A DNA stretch of 64,000 bases from Octopus vulgaris (Eukaryota), in contig OX597814.1 in NCBI GenBank assembly GCA_951406725.2, forward strand, positions 100,936,001 through 101,000,000, read 5' to 3'. The notes beneath the pieces are model-generated. The model worked only from the letters and a program-made list of their open reading frames with translations. It did no database searches and was not told the DNA's origin. The stretch's first letter is position 1, and each line of letters opens with the position of its first letter. A program made the translations under genes and the position numbers. Positions 57,501 to 64,000 of the stretch are shown here, one piece after another.

Positions 57501-58321
57501 CTGCGTGGTTATACATACATGTATGTCAGTTATTGCAAACTACAGAAACGTAAGGTTTTTATTATATGTCCGAGTGTGCAGATGAGAATACTTACAGACT
57601 TAAAGTGAATCTCTAGATTAAAAACCAAAATATAATTCCGTCAGAAACACGGATAGGCATTTATAAGGCAAAAATATATGAAATAGTGTGGGAAAGATTA
57701 AGAAAAGGCAAATTACATGTGGAAAATCACAAAATTAAATAATAAACAAACATGTAAGAATTATAAGTAAAGGAAAATTACGAAGTAACTGAGACAAAGA
57801 GATAGATAGATACACTCGGCCAGTTCTATGTGTGATAAGATAATATGTATTTAGAATGGCTGGTTGTAGATAAAGGGCTAAAAGCCTGGAATTATAGTTC
57901 GTTTTAGGCTTCAGTATTTAAAAAATTTTTTTTGTTGGAGGTATCTAGCACTCATTATACTTTTTCGGTATGCGTTGAACAAATCGACTGAAGTACTGAT
58001 TTTAAAAATCTTTATACGATCTGTAATCAAACCAATACTGCATGTCAATTGGAGCGGGCACGTACGTGATGTGTACCTAGTCCGGCGCTGTTTTGTGTTA
58101 TTTCTGAGTGAAGTGCTTAGAAGAACTACCAGTGAACTCACAGGATCCGTGTATATCTGCTCCAGTGTGGGTTGTTCGATATAGGTTGTTGAATATATCT
58201 AAGCTGAGATACACTAGGATGATACGCGATATATTCAATAACGAAACTTCTCTTTACTGAGAGCATCGCTCTTATGGTTCATTTCCAAGGGGGTATAAAA
58301 GAAAAATACGCACCAATATAT

Positions 58322-58640
58322 ATATATTGTTCTGCCTTGGGAGAGTCATTCAATTTTAGTGCCTTATTATTTAACACATTCACCGGTAAACTTTCTACTC
58401 ATTTACTTTATTTTCCCTAAAATTTTCGTTGCGTCTTGCAACCTTTTCAATAGTCGTTGACTTTGTCCGTTATTCGAGCTACTTTCCTTATGTTTCTTCG
58501 TGAGCATTTGTGTGGGTCATGACAAGTAACACAAAGAACGACCCTTCATTAGTTGTCGGCTGTCTAACTACTCATCATTTCGGAATCTTCGATGACAGTT
58601 GCTCCCATAAATTCCAAAATAAAATTTTGGATTTATGGAG
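58322..58640 (-). mobile_element. PLE LTR-like piece with U3-A8 hammerhead-like motif (~58415-58456)
   Basis: Minus strand cta-TTGAAAA-gGTTGC-aagac-GCAAC-GAAAATTT/tag. Confidence 0.65.
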
Positions 58641-58967
58641 GGTCAAGGAAACCGAATAAAAACTAACAAGGAGGGTCGTTAGACTAGAACAAGAGGAAAA
58701 TAGTGCAAGATGGGATAATATAATAATAATATAACAACTGACGTTAATTGCTAAGCTTAAACACGCAATTACGTTTGGTTATGGCGTATACAGGAAAGAT
58801 AGAACCCCTGGAATGGAAATTATCACTGAAGGACGTACCAATACCACCTAAAAAGAATTTATGATTATGGAATGGTCGGGTATAAAACCTGTCAGTGTTG
58901 ATTCAGTTGAAGGGGGTTCTGTCTCTAAAATTACTTTTATATATTGTATATATATATATATATAGAA

Positions 58968-59034
<67 letters not shown>

Positions 59035-59137
59035 TGTGTGTAATATATATATATATTTAAATATCATACATATATATATAATATACACACATATATAAAA
59101 TCGATAAATATATATATGTATATAGAATATATATTCA

Positions 59138-59200
<63 letters not shown>

Positions 59201-59914
59201 ATGTATGTATGTATCATAACATCATATCACATCATATTATATCATTTGTGCTCCGAAACCTCGTGTGCTGGAACAGGAACTTCGCTCATCATTTTTACAA
59301 ATTAACTTCTAAATGTGTTGATAAAGATCACATGATTGGGAAGGACAATTACTGTCGGCTGTAGCTGAAGTCGATCCTTGCATACATTTACCTATCGTTG
59401 CTTTGGGGAATCTCAATGAAGATAAATGGAAACAACACAACACGAAACTGCCAAATGGAAAGTATGTAGAACAGTAATAGTATGCTGTCTATTTTAATAG
59501 CACACTTACATTGTTTTGAAGAATAGAAATCGGCTCAGATTCATCTGGAATAATGCAGTTCCAATGCATTTTCTCAAAGAGAACCCTCAGCTTACGTATA
59601 CACTAGAGTTTATAAATCAATTGATGTTGTGACTATCGCTATTTAACGTTAGTTTAATCTTAACTGATCGCAACAAGGATCAAATGCGTTGCAGCTATAA
59701 CCAGTACGTTCATGTATCGGCCTTTGCTTATTTAAAGCTACAATATACAACGTGGTGTGTTTCTTATTTTAAGACCACTGGTTATAATTTGAAGGATATA
59801 TGACTGCCATTTCAAACATTTCAAATGGTCACGTGTGGGTACACTTTCGGGTTCATGTACACAATATTATAATATATAAGCGGTGATGAAACGAGTTGTA
59901 TACAAGCATAAAAA

Positions 59915-61510
59915 TGGAACACTAATATGGATGGCGAAAGGAAGGACAGTGCTTATACAGAAACATAAAGAAAAGACAGGCGAAGTCAGCAATTGTAGAC
60001 CTATTACTTGCTTATCATTACTCTGGAAAGTATTAACTGGCGTCATAGCTGATGAAATATATAATTTTCTGGATAAGGAGAATCTATTGCCAAAGAAACA
60101 AAAAGAAAATAGGACGAAATCGAGGGTAATTGCTTATCTGCTAAAGATAGTAGAATATTGAATCAGGCGAGTATAAGAAAGAAGAATTTAGCTGTTGGAG
60201 GATAGATTGCAGGAAGGCTTACAGCAATGTCCTACACAGCTGACTCATAGAGTGTCTAAGGACGCTCGAAGGCAATGAGAAGATAAACAACTTTTTGGAG
60301 AAACCAATAAGAGTGTGGGAAGTAGACCTAACAGATGCAGATGAATCGCAAGGCAAAGTGAAAACGCATTTTCAAGGAAACTGGCTCTCCCCATTATTCT
60401 TCGTCATTGCGTTAAGCTCACCCTACTAAGAAAATCCAGGCTTACTTATGAGTTTAACCAAATCCAAGATGAATATAACTCACCTTCTTTGATGTTAATA
60501 AAACGAATGAGACAGACCTTGACCCTTTGATCCAAACAATGAGAATATTCAGTAAAGATATTGGAGTGCAGTTTCTGGTTAATAAGTGCGCAGTACTTAT
60601 GAAGCATGGGCGAAAAGTAAATTCTGATGGTATAAAATTACTACATCATTAGATCACAAATATCTAGGAGCGCTGGGATATGATATGCCGTCTTTGAGGT
60701 ATGCCTATATTGAGATACTCTGTTCTCTTTCTGAAATGGATAAATGCGAAGCTAAAGAGCTTGGATAGATGACCTAGAAAGTTGCTCACGATTTACAACG
60801 CACTCCAGTCTAAATGCAATACCAACAGACTTTACCTACCAAGAAAGGAAGGCGGCAGAGTATTATTAAATGCATGAGGCATTGTAAATACTTGGATACT
60901 GTGTCTGCAAAAATCATGTTGTGCAGAGTAAAGAAAGAATACTATCGGCAGCCAAGGTTACCCCAAAAGTGACCGAAAAAGTAGGAGAATTCAAAGAGAA
61001 AAGGAAAAACAAGAGAGCGAACAAATGGCAAGAAATAGGACTTCATGTGTATGACCAATTCATGCAACAAGACGAAAATAAGGAAAATAAAGATCGTTGG
61101 CTCTGGATGAAGGAAGGGAACTTGAAACAAGAGCTTAAGACAAATTTGATAAAGCCAAAGAAAGCTCAACATGACGCAGTCAACTAACAAATGTAGAATC
61201 TGCAGTGTAGGAGATGAAGTTATCAGTCATCTTTTGAATGAGTGCAGGACACCAACACAAAATGAGTATAAGCGACGACGTGACTGTGTATGCAAAAGTG
61301 TTCATGAAAATGTTAGCCGAGGGTGTGGCTTCAAAACAGAAAAGGAGTATGAACATGAACCAGAAGTTATGAAGAGGAAACTGGGGAAGAACATAACGAC
61401 AATTATTTCTGTAGTAATTGGTGCACTTGGACAACAATTATTCCTGTATTAATTGGTGCACAATAACCAAAACACTACCTAAAAGACTGACAGTGATTGG
61501 AATTGAAACC
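59915..61510 (+). pseudogene. Degenerate R4/Dong-clade LINE (RT, CCHC knuckle, REL endonuclease tail)
   Basis: WMAKGRTVLIQK..NCRPITCLSLLWKVLTG; FQGNWLSPLFF; RLYLPRKEGGR; CRIC...ISHLLNEC..EYKRR; VVIGALG. Confidence 0.85.
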
Positions 61511-61514
61511 ATGT

Positions 61515-61641
61515 CATGCACATATGGTTGTGATGCATGTGTCTGGTGTACCCGTATCAGACGGGTAGTCATGATGGGTATACTGGGCTTCGTATATTTT
61601 ACTCCAGTGTCACTTTGATGACATACACTGCTCTCTCACCC

Positions 61642-61700
<59 letters not shown>
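61515..61700 (+). mobile_element. Retroposon 3' tail ending in (AAT)n
   Basis: GC-richer block with hairpin tacccgt..acgggta running into (AAT)n. Confidence 0.45.
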
Positions 61701-61701
<1 letters not shown>

Positions 61702-61704
<3 letters not shown>

Positions 61705-61917
61705 CCTTTCCAATATAGGCACAAGGCCTGAAATGTTGGGGGAGGGGAGAGTAGATTACTTTGACCCCAGTGTTTCACTGGTACTTAATTTATCGATCCC
61801 GAAAGGATGAAAGGCAAAGTCAACCTCGGCGGAATTTGAACTCAGAACTTAAACACAGACGACATGCCGCTAAACATTTTATCGGGCTTGCTACCGATTC
61901 TGCCAGCTCGTTGCCTT
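61702..61917 (-). mobile_element. SINE family B
   Basis: Reverse complement of the 18883 copy. Confidence 0.88.
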
Positions 61918-62871
61918 AATAATGATGATGATGTACAACAGATTAACGACTTTCGGTAGGAAATGCAACACATTTTACTTTACAAAGTCACAAGCAAAAT
62001 ATCCATTTGACATTTTACATTTGTATCAGCATTGTCATATAAGCATGTATATGTGTAAAATCTTTCCTTTATCCATGAATGAAAAGCCATGAATGGAGTC
62101 GGGTATATTTCATACACATTTCTTCGCTATTTCTTATAATGTATTTGCGCATCAGCTCATTTTCTCACTTGCCAAATTATATCCAAGAGAATGTCTGTTA
62201 GACGCAGAACAGATGTAACAAATCTGCGTATTTCGTCACTAGATTAATTATGCAAACCGTAACAAGCCTCAACGCTTTCTGGCGTTATAATAGTTGTAAA
62301 GGCAATTCGCTAGTGGTTAAAGCAATGTTGACTAGGAATTTGATTAACAAGATAATTAGCAATGAGTAGGCAGTAAACATCTAGACAGGTTTGTACTTGC
62401 TGCAGTATTACGAAAACTAGAAAAAGTTAATCACATAATGGTTGAATGCTGTAGTGGAGATGTTGGGGAAGAATATAAGAGGTGTCGACATTTCTCATTC
62501 CATCTATCACGTTGCTTTGAGTTATGTTCAACAATTTACTGCTCCTCACAAGTGAAAACGGGTATGGTGTCGTATATACATTTACTAGTGAGTATGACGC
62601 GATATCAATCTCCAGTTGTATTATCTAATTACTCTGAGAAAGACATGAAATCCACAGACCTGTCCAAAAGTAGGAGACCTTTGCAACTAGTGAAAAGTAA
62701 AGTACTATATTTTCTATTATCCTGATCTAGACAGTAAGGAACGGGGGCCACTTGCTATGAAACAGAGAGTTGTCATTTGTTACTAAAGCTTCCATTACAA
62801 GGAGTAACTAAATTACCTTTCATTCGGTCGGTTCAAGTACCATTTATTATCATTAGCTATTATACTTCTCC

Positions 62872-63050
62872 AGTCATTAGAGTATGGCCATGCTGGAGTA
62901 GCACCTTGTAGAGTTAGTCAAGCAACACGATGGCCCCAGTACATATTTTAAGTATAGTGCTTCTTCTATCGGCCTCTCTTGATGAGTAACTAGGTTACAG
63001 CTAAACTAGAACCGGTAGTCAAGTGGTAAAGAAATAGACACAAAGATACA
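62872..63050 (-). mobile_element. Diverged SINE family A 3' half
   Basis: cagtcatt..ggccatgctggag..cacc; tctatcggcctct. Confidence 0.6.
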
Positions 63051-63110
63051 CATACACATATAATTATATATATTACGGGGTGGGCAGGTGATCTGGATAT
63101 ATTTACCCCA

Positions 63111-63557
63111 TTTGTCTATAGTAAGAAGCTTTCTCCATGACAAAACACAGTGAATGGCTTGTTTATGAGTTCGAACCTGCCACTGGCATATTCGAACTGC
63201 CAATAACATTGCATTTATACACATCACTGCTTAACGCTTCCACACCGTAATTTAATTACGAAGAGCCGTCGATTTGCACTACCAGCCGACGTATGTTGAC
63301 TGGAATAACATAAGAGAGATTGTCTCTTTTATCAGCTTGCAGATCCATCATACGGTTTCTGTGACTGAAGAGATAACCATTCCAGAATGCTTGCATCTCA
63401 TAGTCTGGATAGATGGCGCTGTGAACTGATTTATATATATTTATACTATTTGTCTACAACGAGAAATTTTCTCCATGACAAAACGCAGTGAATGGCTTGT
63501 TTACAAGTCCGAACGTGTCTCTAGCATATTCGAACTGGTAATAACATTGCAATTACA
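63111..63557. repeat. ~110-bp direct repeat with ~340-bp period
   Basis: tttctccatgacaaaac.cagtgaatggcttgttta...gcatattcgaactg..aataacattgca at 63111-63220 and 63449-63557. Confidence 0.8.
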
Positions 63558-64000
63558 TATATATATATATATATATTGTGTATATGTATGTGTACAATAC
63601 ATCGTGTAATCGTTGACAACTGGAATGAATATTGTAATCGCCTTCAACAATTTTTCTTACTCCAATTTACAAAAGCTGCAGATGTAAATCCATTCAATGA
63701 CCAAATTAAAAGACAAATTTTTTATTGAATATTAGTTTAATAATAACATTGCATTAATTTTGCAAATATACCGCAAATAATATACATTTTTTCAAACTTA
63801 GAAATGAAATAGGTAATGATGATGAGAGCCGACATCTCCTTCGGATCGAACGACAGCTTTTAAATATTACAGTATAGCCAAAATGAAATAAGCAACTACG
63901 ACATGGTACAATATATGAGGTGTCTGAAATCGATGCCAACATGTATCTGATCCAATATTTTCGATCGGGTTAACGGAAATTAATGGCATTAGAACTTGAA

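Overview
AT-rich, microsatellite-dense eukaryotic DNA with no recognisable host exon, probably intergenic or intronic. The repeat content is most consistent with a coleoid cephalopod (Octopus); this is an inference from recalled SINE families and composition. Most ORFs in the supplied track are translations of simple repeats. The real coding remnants are all transposon-derived: Penelope-like elements (PLEs) of several clades, an internal Helitron Rep fragment, a CR1-type LINE 3' end and R4/Dong-type LINE pieces. These lie among three tRNA-derived SINE families, small MITEs and Helitron/Helentron-like non-autonomous pieces. The main hidden signal is RNA-structural: about 15 hammerhead-ribozyme-like motifs in PLE pseudo-LTRs, many with recurrent core variants (compensatory U3-A8; C4). 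One PLE family carries a tRNA-like Pol III promoter directly upstream of its hammerhead in two separate copies. Other oddities are a 64-bp palindrome with a hammerhead core on each strand, a 64-bp target-site duplication, and an 18-bp duplication bracketing the Helitron fragment. Coordinates were read by eye and are approximate for diverged repeats.
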